A stretch of DNA of 64,000 bases from Vulcanimicrobiota bacterium (GTDB taxonomy: Bacteria > Vulcanimicrobiota > Vulcanimicrobiia > Eremiobacterales > Eremiobacteraceae). A model generated the notes under the pieces. That model did no database searches. It saw only the letters and a list, made by a program, of their open reading frames with translations, and was not told where the DNA came from. This document shows positions 1 to 7,552 of the stretch, piece after piece; the first letter of the stretch is position 1, and each line of letters opens with the position of its first letter. Made by a program: the position numbers and the translations under genes. The stretch lies in the NCBI GenBank assembly GCA_963812135.1, contig CAWETU010000001.1, positions 448,001 to 512,000 on the forward strand, written 5' to 3'.

Positions 1-221
1 GCATCCAGCCGCTGCAGATCCAGGGCAAGACGGTCGACCAGATCGGGGTGCCGATGCACTGGAGCTACATGGGGGTGACCAAGGGCGACACGCCCAATGA
101 CCTGACCCACCTCGTGTTGGAACCGAACGTCTCGATCTACGAAGTCAAGGCGATCACGTGCAACGTGCGCGCCGGCCGGCGCACGCGCAAGACTCCGGCG
201 CCCGAGAACGACGTGCTGTGA
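1..221 (+). CDS. Formate dehydrogenase alpha subunit, C-terminal fragment (molybdopterin dinucleotide-binding domain); 5' part outside window
   Basis: Manual translation of frame +3: IQPLQIQGKTVDQIGVPMHWSYMGVTKGDTPNDLTHLVLEPNVSIYEVKAITCNVR..., the typical FdnG/FdhA C-terminal pattern; TGA at 219-221 overlaps the GTG of the beta subunit. Confidence 0.8.
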   Translation, partial: IQPLQIQGKTVDQIGVPMHWSYMGVTKGDTPNDLTHLVLEPNVSIYEVKAITCNVRAGRRTRKTPAPENDVL

Positions 222-1033
222 GCTTCTTCGAGGCCTTCGAGCGCGTCGAGCCGCCGCCGCAGCAGCGCCCGGTGGGGTTCTTCACCGACTCGTCCGTGTG
301 CATCGGCTGCAAGGCGTGCGAAGTCGCGTGCAAGCAGTGGAACCAGCTGCCCGCCGACGGCCAAAAATTCACCGGCATGTCGTACGACAACACGGTCGAG
401 CTGAGCGCGACGACGTGGCGGCACGTCCAGTTCATCGAGCAGCAAGACGAGCGCGGCAAGATGCGCTGGCTGTTCAACAGCGACGTGTGCAAGCATTGCG
501 TCGACGCGCCGTGCGAGAACGCGTGTCCGACCGGCTCGCTCATCCGGACCGAGTTCGACACGGTCTACGTGCAGCAAGACATCTGCAACGGCTGCGGCTA
601 CTGCGTCACCGCGTGTCCGTTCGGCGTCATCGAGACCGCGCACGCGCCGCCGAACGAAGATGGCGGCGCGCACAAGTGCACGCTGTGCTACGACCGGCTC
701 AAAGACGGCATGGAACCCGCGTGCGCGAAGGCGTGCCCGACGGATTCGATCATCTTCGGCGACGTCGAACAGCTGCGGGACTACGCGCAGCGGCGCGTCG
801 ACGTGTTGCATGCGCGCGGTGAAGAAAAAGCGCAGCTCTACGGCATGCCCGAAGGCAACGCGCTCGGCGGCCTCAACTCGTTCTTCCTCTTGCTCGACGA
901 GCCGGAACGCTACAACCTGCCACGCTACCCGCGATCGCCAAAACGCGCGATGCCGAAAGCATATCTCTTCGGCCTTGGCGCCGCGCTCGTGGTCGCGGCC
1001 ACGATGGCGCTCGCCTTCGACAGTTCGGGCTGA
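218..1033 (+). CDS. Formate dehydrogenase Fe-S (beta) subunit, FdnH/HybA-like 4x[4Fe-4S]
   Basis: CIGCKACEVACKQWN, CKHCVDAPCENACP, CNGCGYCVTACP, KCTLCYDR..PACAKACP motifs; C-terminal TM helix; GTGA overlap start at 218. Confidence 0.9.
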   Translation: MSFFEAFERVEPPPQQRPVGFFTDSSVCIGCKACEVACKQWNQLPADGQKFTGMSYDNTVELSATTWRHVQFIEQQDERGKMRWLFNSDVCKHCVDAPCENACPTGSLIRTEFDTVYVQQDICNGCGYCVTACPFGVIETAHAPPNEDGGAHKCTLCYDRLKDGMEPACAKACPTDSIIFGDVEQLRDYAQRRVDVLHARGEEKAQLYGMPEGNALGGLNSFFLLLDEPERYNLPRYPRSPKRAMPKAYLFGLGAALVVAATMALAFDSSG

Positions 1034-1040
1034 GCGATAG

Positions 1041-1976
1041 ATGGATATGAAAGAGCTGCCGGCGCAATCCACCGACGGCAACGGCGTCGCTCACTACTAC
1101 GATCAACCGGTGCTCAAACCGCCGGACTGGGGCTGGTCGGTGATCGGCTATCTCTTCGTCGGCGGCATCGGCGCGGGCGCGTTCGTCGCTTCGTCGCTCG
1201 CCGCATTGCGCGGACGCAAAGACGACCGCCAGATCGCCAAACTCGGCTACGCCGTCTCAACCATCGCCATGGGCATCAGCGCGCCGCTGCTCATCAGCCA
1301 TCTCGGGCGGCCGGCACGCTTCCATCATATGCTGCGCGTCTTCAAGCCGCGCTCGCCGATGAATGCCGGCGTCTGGGGAATGACGTCGCTTTCCACCGCG
1401 GCGTTCGGGGCGGCGGTCGTGAATCTCGCGAACGCAGGGAGCGTGCCGCGCGCATTGGCGGCGCTCGTTGGTCTGCCTCCCGCGCTGTTCGTCGGCACCT
1501 ACACGGGCGTGCTGCTCGGCCACTCGAGCATTCCGCTGTGGGCCAAGTCGCCATTGCTGCCGGCCGTGTTCGCCTGTTCGTCGCTGGCGACCGGCGCAGC
1601 CGGCGTCGCTCTGCTCGCAGAGCTCTTCGGCGTGGGTTCCACGCAAGCGCGCAAGCGTTTAGCCAATGCCGAGCGCATCGGGTCGCTCGCGGAAGCGATC
1701 GCATTGGCCGCATGGCTCTCCGACGTCGGCGAGTACGCAAAACCGCTGCGCGAGCCCCCGCTCAAAGATATTTTTGAAAAAGTGGTGCAAGGCGCCGGCA
1801 TTGCCGCGCCCATCGCGCTGCCGAGTACGAAGAAGTCGAGCATTTGGGACGTGCTCAAGCCCGCGCTGGTGTTAGCGGGCGGTTTGGCGCTGCGCTACGT
1901 CTTGATCGAAGGCGGCCGCAAGTCGTCGCAAGACGCGGACGCGTATCTGAAGTTCACGTCGCAACCGCAGGAGTGA
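1041..1976 (+). CDS. NrfD/PsrC-family molybdoenzyme membrane anchor
   Basis: W..IGYLFVGG, HLGRPARF, SPMNAGVW, YTGVLL...IPLW motifs; multiple TM helices; follows the Fe-S subunit. Confidence 0.85.
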   Translation: MDMKELPAQSTDGNGVAHYYDQPVLKPPDWGWSVIGYLFVGGIGAGAFVASSLAALRGRKDDRQIAKLGYAVSTIAMGISAPLLISHLGRPARFHHMLRVFKPRSPMNAGVWGMTSLSTAAFGAAVVNLANAGSVPRALAALVGLPPALFVGTYTGVLLGHSSIPLWAKSPLLPAVFACSSLATGAAGVALLAELFGVGSTQARKRLANAERIGSLAEAIALAAWLSDVGEYAKPLREPPLKDIFEKVVQGAGIAAPIALPSTKKSSIWDVLKPALVLAGGLALRYVLIEGGRKSSQDADAYLKFTSQPQE

Positions 1977-1983
1977 ATCGGGC

Positions 1984-2403
1984 TTAGAAGACGACGACCG
2001 GATTGCCGCCGGCCGCGACGAACAGCGCTTTGATCTGGTCGACTTTGTCGGTCTCGATGCCCGCGACACAACGTCCGGCTTCGACCGCTGACACATAATC
2101 GTCCGTCCGGCCGTCGGGCACGGCGAGATCGCTGAGCGACTCGAGCGCGGGCGAACTATCGGGCGCTTCAAGATCTGAGATGCCCGGCGAACCAGAACCC
2201 GGCACGCTGATTTCGACGTCGCCGCTGATGCGCGTCGGGTCCGCCGCGGAGACGAGGTTGGCGCCCACCGACACGAGGTACCCGGTGGGCTCCTGGTTGC
2301 TGATCACGGTGAGGCCTGCGACGTCGAAGCCGGCCGACTTCATCGCGTGCGCGAGCGCGCCGACGGTGTCGGTGTTCGCGAAGATCCCGACGACGGCGCT
2401 CAC
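1984..2403 (-). CDS. Hypothetical protein, general-stress (YflT-like) type
   Basis: GTG overlaps the ferredoxin stop; VVGIF...A...GF....LTVI N-terminus and L.VP.....Y...VEAG..V C-terminus. Confidence 0.55.
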   Translation of the reverse strand: MSAVVGIFANTDTVGALAHAMKSAGFDVAGLTVISNQEPTGYLVSVGANLVSAADPTRISGDVEISVPGSGSPGISDLEAPDSSPALESLSDLAVPDGRTDDYVSAVEAGRCVAGIETDKVDQIKALFVAAGGNPVVVF

Positions 2404-2642
2404 TTGTTGAAATAGTCCGCGTTGATCTTGGTGTAGTCTTTCCACTGATCCGGCACTTCGGTCTCGTTGTAGATCGCGGTCACCGGACAGGCGGCCACGC
2501 ACGCACCGCAATCGATGCACGTGCTCGGATCGATGTAGAGCATGGGATCTTCATCCGTGCCTTTGATGCAATCGACGGGACACACGTCGATGCACGACTT
2601 GTCTTTGACTCCGATGCACGGCTGGCAGATCACGTAGGTCAC
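2400..2642 (-). CDS. 7Fe/dicluster ferredoxin (FdxA type)
   Basis: MTYVICQPCIGVKDKSCIDVCPVDCI...LYIDP..CIDCGACVAACPVTAIY; AGGAG RBS upstream. Confidence 0.93.
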   Translation of the reverse strand: MTYVICQPCIGVKDKSCIDVCPVDCIKGTDEDPMLYIDPSTCIDCGACVAACPVTAIYNETEVPDQWKDYTKINADYFNK

Positions 2643-2720
2643 GGGCGGCGATTCCTCCTATTGGTCAAGCCAGGCGGTATTCTCAAGGATGGCTTTGGGG
2701 ACCTACTGAAGGCGCCCCGC

Positions 2721-3476
2721 ATGGCGCGTGCGATGTCCGTCAGCCGCTACTCGCAACTCATCGACCGGATGGACGCGCTCGGACGGCGGCCCGGCATCAG
2801 CGTCGAGGTGCTCGACGTTTTGCGACGCGGCGGATACGCACTGCCGTTCTTCTTGGTGACGCTCGGACCAGTGCAAGGGAAGCGTCTGCTCGTGAGCGCC
2901 GGCATCCATGGCGACGAACCTGCCGGAATCGAAGCGCTGCTCGCATTTCTCGAGCGGCCGGCACAGCCGCAACTGCGCATCACCGCATTGCCGTGCATGA
3001 ACCCGATTGGTTACATCGCCGGTACCCGCACGAACGATCTCGGCATCGATCTCAACCGGACGTTCGGTCAAGAACGCGCGCCATACGAGACCGAGCTGGT
3101 CCGCCTGGCGCTCGACGGGGAGCGCTTCGATTGCGGCATCGACCTCCATGAGGATTCGGAATCGAACGGGTTCTACGTCTACGAGCACGTGCGCGACGAA
3201 CGGCCGCATCTCTGCCCGCGCATCGTCGCCGGCGTGCGCGCGCTGCGACTTCCAGTCAGCGACGCGCCGAGCGTGGAAGGCCGCGCCCTCGTGGACGGCT
3301 GCGTCGAGCCCGCCGATGAGACGCTCTCGCCGTTCGTCGGATTCTTCTCCGTCTATCTGTTCGACCGCCACAGCGATCAGACGCTCGTACCCGAATCCGC
3401 GGCAGAGCTGCCGATGCAAGCGCGCGTCGCGATGCATCACGCCGCGCTCGACACGGCCGTCGCCGCGCTCGCATGA
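2721..3476 (+). CDS. M14-family zinc carboxypeptidase / succinylglutamate desuccinylase-like protein
   Basis: GIHGDE, NP.G, R.N..GIDLNR.F and DLHED zinc/active-site motifs; start uncertain (2661/2721/2733). Confidence 0.8.
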   Translation: MARAMSVSRYSQLIDRMDALGRRPGISVEVLDVLRRGGYALPFFLVTLGPVQGKRLLVSAGIHGDEPAGIEALLAFLERPAQPQLRITALPCMNPIGYIAGTRTNDLGIDLNRTFGQERAPYETELVRLALDGERFDCGIDLHEDSESNGFYVYEHVRDERPHLCPRIVAGVRALRLPVSDAPSVEGRALVDGCVEPADETLSPFVGFFSVYLFDRHSDQTLVPESAAELPMQARVAMHHAALDTAVAALA

Positions 3477-4333
3477 ACATCGTCGTCGGCACGTGCGGGT
3501 TCTCGTACCGCGATTGGGTCGGCCCGTTCTATCCGGCCGGCACGAAGAGCGCCGACATGCTCGAGTATTACGCGCGCCGCTTCCGCGCGGTCGAGATCGA
3601 CAGCACGTATTACGCGGTGCCCAAGCCGGCGCTATTCGAGCGCATGGCGGCGCGTACGCCGCCTGCTTTCATCTTCACCGTCAAAGCGCCGGGCAGCGTC
3701 ACCCACGTGCCCGCAGACGCGGAGCCCATGGCGAGCGAAGTCAGCGCTTTCGCGGAGTGCCTTGCGCCGTTGCTCGCGAGCCGAAAGCTCGGCGCCGTGC
3801 TGGCGCAGTTTCCGCACGGCTTTCGGCCGAACGCGGACGCCTATCGCCGCCTTGAGGCGCTGCGAGCGTGGTGGCCGAAACTTCCGCTGGTGTGCGAATT
3901 CCGGCATCGCGACTGGCAAGCGCACGACGTGTTGGTGCGCTTGCGCGAATTGGACCTCGGTTGGTGCAATGTGGACGAGCCGCAGTTCGGCACGCTGCTA
4001 CGCCCGAGCGCGGAAGCGACGTCGCCGATCGGCTACGTGCGCTTCCACGGGCGCAACTACGAGAAATGGTGGCGTCAAGAACGCGCGTCACACGAGCGTT
4101 ACTCGTACGAGTACACGCAGCCCGAACTCGAACGCTGGCTACCGAGGATCGGCGAGATCGCCGAGCAGACCGAGAAGACGTTTGTGTTCTTCAACAACCA
4201 TCATCTCGGACGCGCGGCGCAAAACGCGTTCGAGATGCGGCGCATCCTCGCGCCGCTCACCGGTGAGATCGTCGAGGAGCCTGCGTCCGATGACGCCGCG
4301 GGCGGGTCAGCCGCTCAGCCCCGGCTCTTGTGA
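3473..4333 (+). CDS. DUF72 family protein
   Basis: GTCGFSYRDW.GPFYP, VEIDSTYY, QFP..F, EFRH..W, YVRFHGRN, FFNNH motifs; ATGA overlap. Confidence 0.9.
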   Translation: MNIVVGTCGFSYRDWVGPFYPAGTKSADMLEYYARRFRAVEIDSTYYAVPKPALFERMAARTPPAFIFTVKAPGSVTHVPADAEPMASEVSAFAECLAPLLASRKLGAVLAQFPHGFRPNADAYRRLEALRAWWPKLPLVCEFRHRDWQAHDVLVRLRELDLGWCNVDEPQFGTLLRPSAEATSPIGYVRFHGRNYEKWWRQERASHERYSYEYTQPELERWLPRIGEIAEQTEKTFVFFNNHHLGRAAQNAFEMRRILAPLTGEIVEEPASDDAAGGSAAQPRLL

Positions 4334-5038
4334 GGCGGGTGGCTCCGGCGAAATGGGCAGCGGCTCCGATGGTGTAGGCGGCGGCTCCGGCACGGCTCCG
4401 AGACGGCGGGAGACGATGAAGCCGCCGATGAGATCCTGGAGCGCGTGGCCGATGATGCACGGCCAGATCGAACCCCACACCACCACAATCATCGCGAAGA
4501 ACAGACCGAAGATCGCCGTGCCGATCACGCCCCGCCGACCTTGGTAGATGTGGGCGAGGCCGAATGCCGCCGTCGAGAGGACGACACCGGCGGCCATGCT
4601 GTGCGTCAGCGCCGCCACGACGTGTAAAGCGTAGCCGCGATACAGGAACTCCTCGCAGATGCCCGCTGACAATGCTAACGGCACGTACCAGAACCAATCG
4701 CCGATCGTCAGCGGCGCGATGCGCCGGATGCGTTCGGCGTATTCTTGATCGCCCGACTTCGCGCTCATCGCGCCCAACACGCCAAGCGTCGCCACGAATG
4801 CGAGCACGACGAGGTAGGGATAGATCGGCAAGCTTGGCGGTACCCAGCCGACGTCTTCGGGCCCCTGGCCGTGGAGCCGCAGCGCGTACAGCGCCAACCA
4901 CGTCATTGCCCAAAGCACGAGCAGCGAACGCGCGTAGCGCGCGTGCTTCGCGCCTGGCGTGGTCTTCGCGCGCTTGGCGAGCAGCGCGCTCGCGAGCGGG
5001 GCGACCACGAGGATCACCGCGAGCGCGCACAAGAGCAC
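4307..5038 (-). CDS. CPBP (CAAX/Abi) intramembrane metalloprotease
   Basis: AGICEEFLYRG, FGLAH.YQG, H...D motifs; hydrophobic; start codon uncertain. Confidence 0.88.
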   Translation of the reverse strand: MLLCALAVILVVAPLASALLAKRAKTTPGAKHARYARSLLVLWAMTWLALYALRLHGQGPEDVGWVPPSLPIYPYLVVLAFVATLGVLGAMSAKSGDQEYAERIRRIAPLTIGDWFWYVPLALSAGICEEFLYRGYALHVVAALTHSMAAGVVLSTAAFGLAHIYQGRRGVIGTAIFGLFFAMIVVVWGSIWPCIIGHALQDLIGGFIVSRRLGAVPEPPPTPSEPLPISPEPPASQEPGLSG

Positions 5039-5065
5039 GATGAGCGGCAGGTGTGGGATGTCGGC

Positions 5066-5758
5066 CTACTCCGTCGCCATGAACACGGAGTACGATTGGA
5101 AGCCGAGCGTGCCCGGGCCTGTGAAGCGGTTCCACGTCAGATTGCCCGCGCTGCTGAAGAGGCTGGTCGAGAGCTTTTGCAAGATCGTGTCCATTTTGAC
5201 GGTCGGCGATTTGTAGAGCCACGCGCCTGGCTCGACGTCGATCACCTCGCCGGCAGCGAGTTGGACCTCGAAAACGTTGCCGTATCCGTGCAGCCAGAGC
5301 ACGCCCGCATCGCCGGCGCAGCGGAACGTGTCGATGAAGAAGCCGGTGCCCCCGAAGAGCATGCTCGCCATCCCTTTGACGCGCGCGTACGTGTAGCCGA
5401 TCTGATGCGTCGCGGCGAGGAACTGATGCTCGCGCACGTCGACGGCGTCGCCCTGCTTCATGTGGATCCCGAACACATGACCCGCGCCGTCGCGGCTGAA
5501 TGCGATCCGCCCATTGCCCTTTGCCTCGGTCACGAAGACCGGCATGCCGGCGAGCACGCGTTTCATCGCGCCGGGCATGACCGCGGCCGTGACTTCCACC
5601 GACGGGTCTTTCCACAACAGTATATTGTGCTCGAAATAGACGCGCTCGCCGGACAATTCGAGGTGGAGGACCGGCACGAGTTCGCCTTCGATGTGGTACG
5701 TCACGCCGGCGAATGACTCGTTCGTCACCCCGGTCGGTTTTAAGACAGGAACGGCCAT
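5066..5758 (-). CDS. AIM24 (DUF124) family protein
   Basis: Y.IEGELVPVL, GG.GFFID.F, LWLHGYGNVFE..L..GE.IDVEPG, FTGPG.LG.QS; RBS before ATG 5758. Confidence 0.8.
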   Translation of the reverse strand: MAVPVLKPTGVTNESFAGVTYHIEGELVPVLHLELSGERVYFEHNILLWKDPSVEVTAAVMPGAMKRVLAGMPVFVTEAKGNGRIAFSRDGAGHVFGIHMKQGDAVDVREHQFLAATHQIGYTYARVKGMASMLFGGTGFFIDTFRCAGDAGVLWLHGYGNVFEVQLAAGEVIDVEPGAWLYKSPTVKMDTILQKLSTSLFSSAGNLTWNRFTGPGTLGFQSYSVFMATE

Positions 5759-5917
5759 GTCACACCCTTCTTTCAGCTCGCCGACGTTCGTGGTTCCCGC
5801 CTGCCCGCGCGCATCCATCCAAAGTCTCTTCCCGCGCCGCCGCAGGAGACTTTGTAGAGCAAAGTAAATCGCGTCTAGAGGCTTTGCGGTGCAAAGCTGG
5901 ATCGAAAGCGGGGTGGG

Positions 5918-7087
5918 ATGGAAACGTACGACGTCGCGGTCATCGGTGCGGGATTATCAGGACTGTGGTGCGCGCGCGCGCTGAGCCGGCGGGGACTGTC
6001 GGTCGCGATTGTGGATGCGCATCGCACGGTGGATCGCGTGGTGCGTACTACGGGGATTTTCGTCCGCCGCACGTTCGATGATTTCGATCTGCCGCCGCGC
6101 AGCCTCGGTCCGCCGATCCGCACGGTCGTGCTGTATTCCCCACGTCGGCGTGCGATCGCGTTCGAAAGCGCGCACGACGAATTCCGGATCGGCGATATGC
6201 GGGCGCTCTATCGTGCGTTGTTGGACGATTGTCTGCGTGCCGGCGCGACGTGGCTTCCCGCGACGCGCTATTTGGAGATGCGGGCCGCCGGTGCGACAAG
6301 CGTGCTCCAGCTGCGCGACCTGAAGAGCCGCGAAATAGGGCGGATCGTCGCGCGTTTCGTCGTGGGTGCCGACGGCGCGCGCTCGCGCGTGGCGTCGGAT
6401 CTCGGCTTGTCGGCGAATCGCGACTTCTTGATCGGGCTTGAGGACGTCTACGATGATACGGCCGTGACGTCGCCGCCGGCGCTGCACTGTTTTCTCGAGC
6501 CGCGATTGGCGCCCGGCTACCTCGCGTGGATAGCGCGCGATGGCAGAGACGCCCACGTCGGCCTGGCGGGTGATGCGCGGCGTTGCCGGCCGGCGCCGTC
6601 GCTGCGCGCGTTCACGCGTTCTATCCGCGACGCGGCCTGCGGGCCGTTCGTGCGCCGGCGCGATCGGCGCGGTGGCCTCATTCCGTGGAACGGCGTGCTG
6701 CCGCGCATCGCGTGTCCGCGCGGCCTGTTGGTCGGCGATGCCGCTGGTGCAGTGTCGCCGTTGACGGCCGGCGGCTTGGACGGCTGCATCCGGCTTGCGG
6801 AATTCGCCGCGCAGATCATTCCCGAACAGCTGCGCGCCCCGAACTGCGACGCCCTCGTATCGTATGACGGGCGGCGCTTCGCGGCGCGATTCATCGCGCG
6901 GCGCTGGATGCGAGAGTTCCTGAGGAACTCTGGAGAACGCGCGCTCGAGTTGGCGTGTGCCGCGCTGACGGTGCCCGCCGTGCGCGCGATCGGCGCGCAC
7001 ATCTTCTTCGGCCGCGGCTCGTTCCCGGACACGGGGTCGCGACGCGTGCTGCGCGGAACGCGCGTCGCGCACAGGCCCGCCGGGTGA
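5918..7087 (+). CDS. FAD-dependent oxidoreductase, geranylgeranyl-reductase family
   Basis: DVAVIGAGLSG, VGADGARSRVA, LVGDAAG.VSPLTAGG motifs. Confidence 0.8.
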   Translation: METYDVAVIGAGLSGLWCARALSRRGLSVAIVDAHRTVDRVVRTTGIFVRRTFDDFDLPPRSLGPPIRTVVLYSPRRRAIAFESAHDEFRIGDMRALYRALLDDCLRAGATWLPATRYLEMRAAGATSVLQLRDLKSREIGRIVARFVVGADGARSRVASDLGLSANRDFLIGLEDVYDDTAVTSPPALHCFLEPRLAPGYLAWIARDGRDAHVGLAGDARRCRPAPSLRAFTRSIRDAACGPFVRRRDRRGGLIPWNGVLPRIACPRGLLVGDAAGAVSPLTAGGLDGCIRLAEFAAQIIPEQLRAPNCDALVSYDGRRFAARFIARRWMREFLRNSGERALELACAALTVPAVRAIGAHIFFGRGSFPDTGSRRVLRGTRVAHRPAG

Positions 7088-7110
7088 GCCCGCCGAAACG
7101 CGAAATCACT

Positions 7111-7536
7111 ATGAGACATGTATCCGCACGCGCCGTGCAGGCGCTTTTGCTCGTCGCCTTCGCGTTGCTTCCGGCCGCCGGCTGCAAGTCCGTGTCCACC
7201 AATCCGGCGGGCATCACGGTCGACCCGACGACGATGGTGCTCCACAACGTGAACCTCTTTCCGTCGCAGAATGCGAACGACTATAACAACTCCATCATGG
7301 TCATCGATATCACGTATACGAACCACGATCCCATCCCGCAAGCATTGGAAGCCAACAAGTTCGTCCTGATCGACCAGAACACGCTCGCGCAATACCACGC
7401 GCTCGACGGCGGCGACATCCACGTGCCGCCCTTCTCCCAATCTGGATTGCTCGATCCGAACAAGACGGTCGACCTCTCGCTCGGATTCCGCGTGCCCGCC
7501 AGCATCGTGGTGGCGCGGCTGTCCTACTCGCCGTAG
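7111..7536 (+). CDS. Lipoprotein with DUF4352-like Ig fold
   Basis: Signal peptide with lipobox AAGC; IDITYTN...F.L.D...L.P..TV..LGF.VP pattern. Confidence 0.6.
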   Translation: MRHVSARAVQALLLVAFALLPAAGCKSVSTNPAGITVDPTTMVLHNVNLFPSQNANDYNNSIMVIDITYTNHDPIPQALEANKFVLIDQNTLAQYHALDGGDIHVPPFSQSGLLDPNKTVDLSLGFRVPASIVVARLSYSP

Positions 7537-7552
7537 ACGAAGATCGTTCCGG

